DNA of 35,529 nucleotides from a virus (Duplodnaviria; Heunggongvirae; Uroviricota; Caudoviricetes): IMG/VR virus record IMGVR_UViG_2529292912_000010; one strand, 5' to 3'. Shown piece by piece: positions 27,608 to 35,529 of this stretch (position 1 is its first letter; each line of letters starts with the position of its first letter). The notes under the pieces were generated by a model. It saw only the letters and a program-made list of their open reading frames with translations, ran no database searches and was not told where the DNA came from. The position numbers and the translations under genes were made by a program.

Positions 27608-27782
27608 TCAGATTAAATTAATCTTGACATCATAGCTTTCAAGACCCGTCATTTTTTCCCGTGCGGTAAACTGAATACTGGTAACTTCTTTCCCGGTCTT
27701 TTTCTTAAGTTCAATAATTTTTTTGTTATATATTCAGAAATATCTGCTTCTGCTTTTGTTTTAAGTTTTCAATATTCATCAT
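27608..27782 (-). pseudogene. gnsB: gnsB-like small gene, apparently disrupted by frameshifts
   Basis: Three successive reading frames translate as MNIENLK / KTKAEADISEYITKK / IELKKKTGKEVTSIQFTAREKMTGLESYDVKINLI, each aligning with consecutive parts of the 57-aa GnsA/GnsB sequence as I recall it. No single frame is open from ATG to stop. Confidence 0.45.
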
Positions 27783-27950
27783 TTCCTCTTTTAGTCTGTT
27801 ATGACTTTCCAGTTACACAGTAAGTCGATTATATGGTGCAAACGTGTAAAAGATAAGATGAAACATCGCAATAATCAACATACGATAGTCTAAATTTTAC
27901 ACAAACAGACAAAGAGAATTTTCCTGAATTATCAATGCAATAGCATCAAA

Positions 27951-28106
27951 TCAACTCAAGAGCCTTATTGCTGCTTCCAGAATTTCTTCTGAAGTAACAT
28001 GTCGATCCGCGGCTACATAAATGACTTTATGATCTCCGGTCAGAGATGGAAACCCTGCGGCCATTACAGTAAGGTGTGTTTTTTCGCCATTTGGATATTC
28101 ACGCAT
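27951..28106 (-). CDS. ynfN: Small prophage protein, 51 aa
   Basis: Internal start MREYPNGEK... gives 51 aa; position between gnsB and cspI as in Qin (recollection). Confidence 0.5.
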   Translation of the reverse strand: MREYPNGEKTHLTVMAAGFPSLTGDHKVIYVAADRHVTSEEILEAAIRLLS

Positions 28107-28223
28107 GATGGTGTTAACTCCAGTCATCGCTGGCACTACCACTGCTGGTTCAGAGTTAAAAAAACTATGATTTTTTTCATGATGTTACCGTAGTATGTGA
28201 GTATCCATCGAATAGACACCAAG

Positions 28224-28245
28224 CCAAAAAGCTCCCGAAGGAGCC
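28224..28245 (-). terminator. Intrinsic terminator-like hairpin downstream of cspI
   Basis: Minus strand GGCTCC-TTCG-GGAGC followed by TTTTTGGCTTGG, about 200 nt after the cspI stop. Confidence 0.5.
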
Positions 28246-28451
28246 TTCATTTTCACTTTTTTAAATCCAACGACAGACGGCTGGCATTTAAGTATTGTGA
28301 AATATTATCAAATGTAATCATCATTGATTTACAAAAGATACATTTTGCCCCGAAAGGATTCATGTCAGAAACATCAAAAGATGATGTTCTATACTGGGAA
28401 CCATGACAACACGGGCATCTAAAGTGAATATGGTTTGTAATATTGTCTACC

Positions 28452-28664
28452 TCAAAGCGCCACTACATGAACAGCGGCAGGACCTTTAGGTCCGTTCTCA
28501 ATACCAAATTCAACTTCCTGATTCTCAGTTAATGTTTTGAAATCGTTGCTCTGAATTGCTGAGAAATGGACAAACACATCTTTGCTGCCATCTTTCGGCG
28601 TGATGAAACCAAAACCTTTTTCAGGGTTAAACCATTTTACTAAACCAGTCATTTTGTTAGACAT
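28452..28664 (-). CDS. cspI: Cold-shock protein CspA family, 70 aa
   Basis: Cold-shock domain with RNP1-like KGFGFI and RNP2-like VFVHF motifs; [23 protein letters not shown]. Confidence 0.9.
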   Translation of the reverse strand: MSNKMTGLVKWFNPEKGFGFITPKDGSKDVFVHFSAIQSNDFKTLTENQEVEFGIENGPKGPAAVHVVAL

Positions 28665-29025
28665 AATTATTACCTTTTGAAGAAATTAGCCCTTGGGCAG
28701 AATGGTCCGAAAAAAATATCAGAGAGAAAAACCAACAAGGAAATCTCAAGAGGTACAAATAATAAAATTATAACAATGACTGCTTCAGATAAATTTGTAA
28801 CAAACCAGAACACCATTAACGCATGATTAACCACCCATAGCAAGGATTACTTTTGTAAAGAAAAACACAGCAATGAAAGAATAGCTTTATTTATTAATAA
28901 AACGTGTCATTCTGATTAAGACCTTTTATCTTACCCTTAAGATTTCAGGAATTTTGGCTCATGGAAGAGTCCTTTTTATTTAAATTTTACATTCCGCGAT
29001 GTAAATGTTCCGATTTAATATTACC

Positions 29026-30053
<1,028 letters not shown>

Positions 30054-30364
30054 AGATATTTATGATGAGGACGCTCGTGCTTATTGGCAGGATTTTCAAT
30101 CTTAAAGGAGTACTGATGCTGCAGATAAGACTCAACTTTTCTGACAATTTTTCTGCTACTTCCAGGAAGACTTGCCGGACGCTCATTCTGGCTGCTGCCT
30201 CATAAAACTCCAGCGTAGCTCCTTCAACACGGTCCATGGCGACATCCAGGCCAAAAATTTCACCGTCAAAGCGTTCTTTGTCCTGTAAGGCTACAGTTAC
30301 CGTAACTTTATTCTCAAAATTACGGACTCCTTTCACAACCAGTTCATAGCCTTGAGTCATTGGA

Positions 30365-30580
30365 TTATTCTCCTCTCGCAGCCTTACGCCTGTCTTCTTT
30401 AATCTTGAAATAAAGATTTGTCAGATACGTCAGCAGGCCAAAAACCAGGCTACCCAGCACACCGATTGCAGCCCACTGTGACGGAGTTACTTTATCGAGT
30501 AACTGCAATGCCCAGAAACCAGCATTACCCGCCGATGTGCCATAGGCAACACCTGTTGTTAACTTATCCATTGATTTCAT
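30365..30580 (-). CDS. essQ: Class II holin / pinholin, 71 aa, with dual-start motif
   Basis: [14 protein letters not shown]...; Met1-Lys-Ser-Met4 dual start, two transmembrane helices, charged C-terminus; resembles phage 21 S (71/68). The ORF track's 25-codon upstream extension is rejected. Confidence 0.85.
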   Translation of the reverse strand: MKSMDKLTTGVAYGTSAGNAGFWALQLLDKVTPSQWAAIGVLGSLVFGLLTYLTNLYFKIKEDRRKAARGE

Positions 30581-30799
30581 ATCCTCACCCCGATGTACAC
30601 GGATGGTGCAATATGTTTGAAAAGATCGGAGTCTACGGGGTAGTTTTGACAGCACACGCTGTTCTCAACGGCGCTAAAGAAACATACACATTAAAAATGT
30701 GAGTAATTATTTTGAAAGAAAGTCATATATAAAATAATAATACGAGAAATGTTTTCATATTTAGTGTACTGTATACGGCCATTTATACAGGAAAAGCCT

Positions 30800-30970
30800 A
30801 TGTCAGAACGTAAAGACTCAAAATCACGCCGTAATTATCTCGTTAAATGTTCCTGCCCAAACTGCACCCAAGAGTCAGAACACAGTTTTTCAAGAGTACA
30901 AAAAGGTGCCCTTTTGATCTGCCCTCATTGCAACAAAGTATTCCAGACAAATCTTAAAGCTGTAGCCTGA
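30800..30970 (+). CDS. ynfU: Small zinc-ribbon protein, about 56 aa
   Basis: Two Cys pairs, C-x-C-P-N-C and C-P-H-C; start at MSERKD inside the 73-aa ORF. Gene symbol is from a weak recollection. Confidence 0.45.
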   Translation: MSERKDSKSRRNYLVKCSCPNCTQESEHSFSRVQKGALLICPHCNKVFQTNLKAVA

Positions 30971-31024
30971 TTGATTTTATTAGTAACAAGTATTTTTTAT
31001 ATTTTAATAATATATTTAAAGCAG

Positions 31025-31050
31025 ATAATAAAAAACCCGCCTGAGCGGGT
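31025..31050. terminator. Terminator-like hairpin between ynfU and cspB, strand uncertain
   Basis: ACCCGC-CTGA-GCGGGT stem-loop with a T-run on the minus strand (TTTTTATTAT) and a weaker one on the plus strand. Confidence 0.4.
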
Positions 31051-31333
31051 TTGAGATTGTGGTGCTTTTTGTGGGAGTCATCCACTTACGCACTTTGTTT
31101 TGCCATGCCAGCAGTTAGCTTCTGCTGTAAAACTATTCATGCAGCAAACCTGCACTTCACCACAATGGTTAGCATACTTTTCCTGATTAAGATTTTGCCA
31201 AATATGCTGGCCATTGTTTCATGTATTGGACCTCCTTAATTTTTATTAAAGAAATCCAATATTCACTACTCTGTCCGTATCTCTACTCAGGCATCAGCCT
31301 TCTTCGTTATCGTATACAGACGAGCGATGAATT

Positions 31334-31549
31334 TTAATCAGTAATGATGACATTTGCTGCTGCAGGACCTTTAGCACCACTCTCTATAGAGAAGGTAACC
31401 TTTTGACCTTCAAATAAGGTTCGATAATTATCATTCTGAATCGCAGAAAAATGCACAAACACATCTTTACTACCATCAACAGGAGAAATAAAGCCGAAAC
31501 CTTTATCAGCGTTAAACCATTTTACTAAACCAGTCATTTTATTTGACAT
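31334..31549 (-). CDS. cspB: Cold-shock protein CspA family, 71 aa
   Basis: [23 protein letters not shown]...; RNP1/RNP2 motifs. Confidence 0.9.
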   Translation of the reverse strand: MSNKMTGLVKWFNADKGFGFISPVDGSKDVFVHFSAIQNDNYRTLFEGQKVTFSIESGAKGPAAANVIITD

Positions 31550-31849
31550 TCTACATTCCTTAACTTGAGCCTTTCGGCATAAATGGTTTGCATAACAGAA
31601 ACGACTTCGTACTTAATTGGAGAGACTCAAAGAAGGAATAAGTGAATAACACCTGAAATGAGAACTGCTTTAGTAAACTACTTCGTATATCGTCTGTTCT
31701 TCAAACCGACGCAATCATTAACGCATAGTTGAACATATGAAGCAATGTTTATTTTAGACATCCAGCCATCTTCAACCCCATCAAAAAACTATAGCTTTCT
31801 TCAGGAACGTGTGTATAGTGCGCCAAGTTATCAGTATTAAGGAATTTTT

Positions 31850-32062
31850 TTGTCCCGTAAAATGACAGGAATTGTCAAAACCTTTGACGGCAAAAGCGGC
31901 AAGGGTCTTATCACCCCATCCGATGGTCGTATCGATGTCCAGCTTCATGTTTCAGCGCTCAATCTCCGCGATGCAGAAGAAATTACCACCGGATTACGCG
32001 TGGAATTTTGCCGGATAAATGGTCTGCGTGGCCCTTCAGCTGCCAATGTTTACCTTTCATGA
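31850..32062 (+). CDS. cspF: Cold-shock domain protein, divergent paralog, 70 aa
   Basis: [23 protein letters not shown]...; cold-shock fold with a degenerate RNP1 (KSGKGLI). Confidence 0.8.
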
Positions 32063-32354
32063 GCTATATTAAAGCTTTAATTTCAGGCCCCATCGGATCA
32101 CACATGGAGAGTTTTTATGAATAACCCCGTCTGTCTTGATGACTGGTTGATTGGCTTTAAAAGCTTATGCTGTACTTTGGCCGTAATAGCTCTGCTAATA
32201 ATATAATAAGCAGACTCATTGTGTTTAGGGACATTGTACTGGAAGAAAACATTTTAAACATCAGGCAAATAACCAAGTCACCAGCTAAATAATAAGTTAA
32301 CAGACATGAGTCCCGGGATGAGATTCAACATTACCATTGCCCCATTTAAAGCAC

Positions 32355-32378
32355 AAAACCCGCTCATCAGCGGGTTTT
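32355..32378 (-). terminator. tR'-like intrinsic terminator about 60 nt downstream of the late promoter
   Basis: AAAACCCGCT-GATG-AGCGGGTTTT hairpin followed by a T-rich tract; would yield a short transcript unless Q antiterminates. Confidence 0.55.
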
Positions 32379-32423
32379 CTACTTTTTCTTAACGTCGGGT
32401 ATACAAAGCCCATCGTTGAAAAA

Positions 32424-32452
32424 ATTTTATCCATATTTTTTGAAAAATGCAA
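32424..32452 (-). promoter_or_regulatory. Late promoter (pR'-like) with presumed Q-utilisation site, directly downstream of Q
   Basis: Minus strand TTGCAT, 17-nt spacer, TAAAAT, beginning about 30 nt after the Q stop codon. Confidence 0.55.
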
Positions 32453-32483
32453 ACATCATGTCGCCATCTTCAGCAAAAATCAT

Positions 32484-33236
32484 TTATCTCGTCACCTTCC
32501 TCAATTGCGCTTCCGCGTATGCTTCTTCCTGCCAGCACTTTGTTACCAGTTTACCAATGACGTCCGCATACCCCTTATACCACTGATAATCGGTCAGGTC
32601 TGGTACCAGCTTCTGGACATGACGTCGTGCCAGCGTGGTCGGTAAACGACTAAACCGGTTTCCATTACAACGCCCACAAATCTTATATACCGGTACGCCA
32701 TGAAACCGGGTTCTTTTTTCATCCAGAACAATCCCTTTACCCTTACACCCTCTGCACGCTGTGCTGGCTTCGCCCTTACCATGGCAATGCTGACATAGTT
32801 CCTTCACCCATTCTTCCTTGATTACAGATTCCCCGCGTCTGTAGTGTTTCACCACTTCGCGCAATACATTATAAAATCCCGTACCTGAACAATGCTCACA
32901 GCGAGCCTTACTTGCCGCAGACCTGGAGTAATCAGCAAAGGCAAAACTCACGAGGTAAGGAATAATCTGTAACCGGATTTCTTCACTCAATTTGTTCAAT
33001 GTCGGGTTATCCAGTGCCATCGCGTAATTTAGCAGGCCTTCAATCGCAAACTGAGGGTCCTGAACACCAACTTTTGCCAGAAATAAGGCCAACCCAAGTG
33101 GTGCTTTCGACTGCACCATCCCCTGCGCTGCCATTACATCCGTAATTGTTAAACAACCGGTGCCTGTCGCTGGAGCGTCATCGCTCAATTTTGGAGATTT
33201 TGGGGAGTAATATTTTGGTAAGGCTTCAAGGTTCAT
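32484..33236 (-). CDS. quuQ: Late antiterminator Q (phage 82-type), 250 aa
   Basis: Cys/His-rich zinc-binding region (CEHCSGTG, CQHCHGKG, CRGCKGKG, CGRCNG); immediately upstream of the late promoter and lysis genes. Start placed at MNLEALPKYY. Confidence 0.85.
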   Translation of the reverse strand: MNLEALPKYYSPKSPKLSDDAPATGTGCLTITDVMAAQGMVQSKAPLGLALFLAKVGVQDPQFAIEGLLNYAMALDNPTLNKLSEEIRLQIIPYLVSFAFADYSRSAASKARCEHCSGTGFYNVLREVVKHYRRGESVIKEEWVKELCQHCHGKGEASTACRGCKGKGIVLDEKRTRFHGVPVYKICGRCNGNRFSRLPTTLARRHVQKLVPDLTDYQWYKGYADVIGKLVTKCWQEEAYAEAQLRKVTR

Positions 33237-33249
33237 GCTCGTTCTCCAC

Positions 33250-34338
33250 TTACGCCAGTACGCCAATTGCCAGCGCGCGATCGATAAAACGAAATATCAG
33301 CTCCAGTTGGGAGCCATACTTCTCTTCAAATGCCACTGTATCCGTATGCAGCTCGTTGTGATGCTTTCTGCACAAAGGCAACACAAAGAGATCATGTGCT
33401 TTCGTTCCCATTCCGCCCTGCCCGTGACCAATCAGATGATGCGGATCGTCGGCTGGCATACCGCAGCAAGCACACGGCTGTGTCTTAACCCAACGTGTGT
33501 ATTTCTCCTTAACCCAGCGGCGACGTTTAGGCAGCTTCATGAAAGATTCCGGAGACTCTGGATCAACGGTGATGCTTACCACCGTCTTTTCCTGTGGTGA
33601 TTTTTGTTGCTGGTGGGCGTAAGGCAACGGTGCAAGATTTTTTGTGCGTTGTTTCAATATGCTGGTGGCGGTCTGCTCTCCCGGTACGATGTCGCTTTCG
33701 CGGTACACCGAGCAGATTTTTTCCGCTGGTAATCCCAGCGAACGACGCGATACAGCCTCAGGTAGTGCATCCACCACCTGATTGCAGACCGCCCACCAGG
33801 ATAATTCAGCCAAAGATAATTCCCGCTCCTGCGTACCGCTTATTGCGTGACGGATGACGTCAATCACCCATGCTGTCAGATTTTGTTGAGCAAGCAGCTC
33901 CAGTGATTCCGATGTCTGGTCACGCAGTTGGTTGTCGCAGTGCCAGCACAACACCATTGCGCCGGTACCATAACGGTGAATGACTGTTTCAGTGTGATGG
34001 TAATCGCCATTAGGCCACTGGCAGGATGTAACATGACGTAATAGCCAGTCGGACAATGCGCCAACGCCGCCAGCAGCACGAATCACCCGTTCGTTACTAA
34101 AAAACGGCAGCAATGTTTTGTCTTCCGCCAGCGGCTGGCGAACGGCAGGAACGACTCCGGATGGCAGATTACGCATGCTTTTTGGTTCCGGTTCCACCAG
34201 CACTCGAGGATTATGAAATATCTGTATGGATTCACGGCCCGGCTTAAGGACCACCAGCCCAAGCTCAGGCACCAGAACAGGTCTAAGTAATACCCGCACG
34301 TTACCTCCAGATCCGTTGCTGGAAAGTGCGGGACGCAC
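33250..34338 (-). CDS. ydfU: DUF968-family prophage protein with C-terminal HNH-like Cys/His motif, 362-aa ORF (start uncertain)
   Basis: C-terminus CACCGMPADDPHHLIGHGQGG...LCRKHHNELH looks like an HNH/zinc-finger nuclease motif; located upstream of Q. Confidence 0.65.
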   Translation of the reverse strand: MRPALSSNGSGGNVRVLLRPVLVPELGLVVLKPGRESIQIFHNPRVLVEPEPKSMRNLPSGVVPAVRQPLAEDKTLLPFFSNERVIRAAGGVGALSDWLLRHVTSCQWPNGDYHHTETVIHRYGTGAMVLCWHCDNQLRDQTSESLELLAQQNLTAWVIDVIRHAISGTQERELSLAELSWWAVCNQVVDALPEAVSRRSLGLPAEKICSVYRESDIVPGEQTATSILKQRTKNLAPLPYAHQQQKSPQEKTVVSITVDPESPESFMKLPKRRRWVKEKYTRWVKTQPCACCGMPADDPHHLIGHGQGGMGTKAHDLFVLPLCRKHHNELHTDTVAFEEKYGSQLELIFRFIDRALAIGVLA

Positions 34339-34579
34339 GTGGTGGGCGTTCGGAATAAGGCAGCCTGACAGAGATTATCCAGTGCCGATAGTCGAGACTG
34401 AGAGCTTTCTTAACCTCGAACCCGCGCCTGCGGTAAGAATGAATCAGCCATTCGGCCTGTTCTGCAGTGCATGGAGGGTGCTGGAACCATTCAGACTTGA
34501 ATGCGTGAGAATACCGCCCGTGCGTGCAGGCAAGAACGGGCGAATTATCAGAATTGTAATATTTTGCGTTGCGTGCCAT
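34301..34579 (-). CDS. rem: Small prophage protein, 92-aa ORF
   Basis: ORF upstream of ydfU with a 38-nt overlap; named from recalled Qin gene order only. Confidence 0.45.
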   Translation of the reverse strand: MARNAKYYNSDNSPVLACTHGRYSHAFKSEWFQHPPCTAEQAEWLIHSYRRRGFEVKKALSLDYRHWIISVRLPYSERPPRASRTFQQRIWR

Positions 34580-34645
34580 CGGTTTTCTCCGGTGGCACGG
34601 TGTTACTCAGCGGGAGTTCAGCCCCGCGCAAGATTGTAGATGAGT

Positions 34646-34897
34646 TTATTCTCCTGAAAAAGCAGAAAAGCCAGCTTTTATTCCGATCTCTTTCAATGCC
34701 TGTAATGAAGTGACAAACTCACCTTCGCGCAAGATAAATCCGTCCGTGACCCGAGCATCCACAAAATTAATTAACGCAGCCCCATTCTTTCGCAAACACA
34801 TAATGCGGTAATGACTAACAAGATTTCCATTTTCAACGCACACAGCATAGAGGCCATCTTCACAAAAAATTTTACGCAGTTCTTCGATGTTCATCAT
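34646..34897 (-). CDS. Hypothetical protein, 83 aa
   Basis: ORF MMNIEELRKIFCEDGLYAVCVENGNLVSHYRIM... with a GGAAGGA Shine-Dalgarno 5-6 nt upstream of the ATG; no family recognised. Confidence 0.55.
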   Translation of the reverse strand: MMNIEELRKIFCEDGLYAVCVENGNLVSHYRIMCLRKNGAALINFVDARVTDGFILREGEFVTSLQALKEIGIKAGFSAFSGE

Positions 34898-35014
34898 CAG
34901 AATCCTTCCGGATAATTAGCTCTCCCCTTTAAGGGACCATCCCTCTTATCCCTGCGCGCTACTTAAGTATTTTTGATTCTATTCCGGCACCGTCCAGAAC
35001 TTCAAACGCGTTGA

Positions 35015-35045
35015 AAATAAAAACAAAAACCCGCCGAAGCGGGTT
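35015..35045 (-). terminator. Intrinsic terminator between the IS element and the 83-aa ORF
   Basis: Minus strand AACCCGC-TTCG-GCGGGTT followed by TTTTGTTTTTATTTT. Confidence 0.6.
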
Positions 35046-35115
35046 AAGTGCGGGTGCGTTGAGGATGCCTGCCACATCAGAGGTGGCGAGGGATTTCTCC
35101 CCCGCCGGGTCTCTT

Positions 35116-35529
35116 TGAACCGCCCCGGGTTTCCTGGAGAGTGTTTTATCTGTGAACTCAGGCTGCCAGATCATCGTTTCCGATGGAAGCATAATAAGCT
35201 TTTTCTGCTTCTGCCGGAGGAGTATGGCCCAGCCTTTCCAGCAATCGTCGATTGTTATACCAGTCCACCCACGTGAGTGTGGCCAGTTCCACTTCTGCAC
35301 GGTTTTTCCAGCTCTTACGGTGTATTACCTCCGCTTTGTAAAGACCATTGATGCTCTCCGCCATCGCGTTGTCATACGAGTCGCCTGTACTTCCTGTTGA
35401 TGCCAGTAATCCGGCTTCCTTAAGCCGCTGTGTGTAGGCCAGCGATACATACTGAGAACCTTTATCACTGTGATGGACCGTGCCGGACGGTCGACGGGCC
35501 CATAACGCCTGCTCCAGTGCATCCAGCAC
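35116..35529 (-). mobile_element. IS3-family insertion sequence, partial (runs off the window edge); terminus at about 35116
   Basis: Terminal inverted repeat beginning TGAACCGCCCCGGG at 35116, followed inward by the 3' end of a DDE transposase gene on the minus strand. Confidence 0.7.
35158..35529 (-). CDS. IS3-family transposase (OrfB, DDE integrase core), C-terminal 123-aa fragment truncated by the window edge
   Basis: Retroviral-integrase-like core end motifs: HSDKGSQY, and DNA(M)AES containing the catalytic Glu. Confidence 0.8.
   Translation of the reverse strand: MLDALEQALWARRPSGTVHHSDKGSQYVSLAYTQRLKEAGLLASTGSTGDSYDNAMAESINGLYKAEVIHRKSWKNRAEVELATLTWVDWYNNRRLLERLGHTPPAEAEKAYYASIGNDDLAA

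Noticed and set aside
28197-28406. 69-aa plus-strand ORF between ynfN and cspI
   Set aside because: Spans the cspI terminator hairpin and AT-rich UTR; low-complexity; no Shine-Dalgarno.
30581-30655. Upstream extension of the holin ORF to 96 aa ([11 protein letters not shown]...)
   Set aside because: The dual-start MKSMDK motif and the 71-aa length fit a class II holin; the extension has no support.
34959-35300. 113-aa ORF on the minus strand spanning the IS terminal repeat and transposase 3' end
   Set aside because: Overlaps the transposase gene in another frame and crosses the IS boundary; no ribosome-binding site; likely spurious.

Overview
This window is a lambdoid prophage of the E. coli Qin type, lying next to the host MFS transporter gene ydfJ; it is well-described biology and I found no convincing undescribed system. 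Almost everything sits on the minus strand in late-operon order (reading from high to low coordinates): partial IS3-family element at the right edge, an unrecognised 83-aa ORF, rem, ydfU, Q antiterminator with a pR'-like promoter and short terminator, cold-shock paralogs cspF/cspB/cspI, a phage-21-type lysis cassette (pinholin essQ, SAR endolysin rrrQ, Rz/Rz1 spanins), small accessory genes, a lambda-type cos site, then a complete lambda-like head and tail module (Nu1 through tfa). A serine recombinase (pin) and ydfK sit between the tail fibre genes and ydfJ. The most notable points are two apparent homopolymer frameshifts (gnsB-like gene, ydfR), the unrecognised 83-aa ORF beside the IS boundary, and a pin recombinase with no visible invertible partner segment. 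Protein identities, and the K-12/lambda reference sequences used as comparators, come from reading the translations and from memory, not from database searches.
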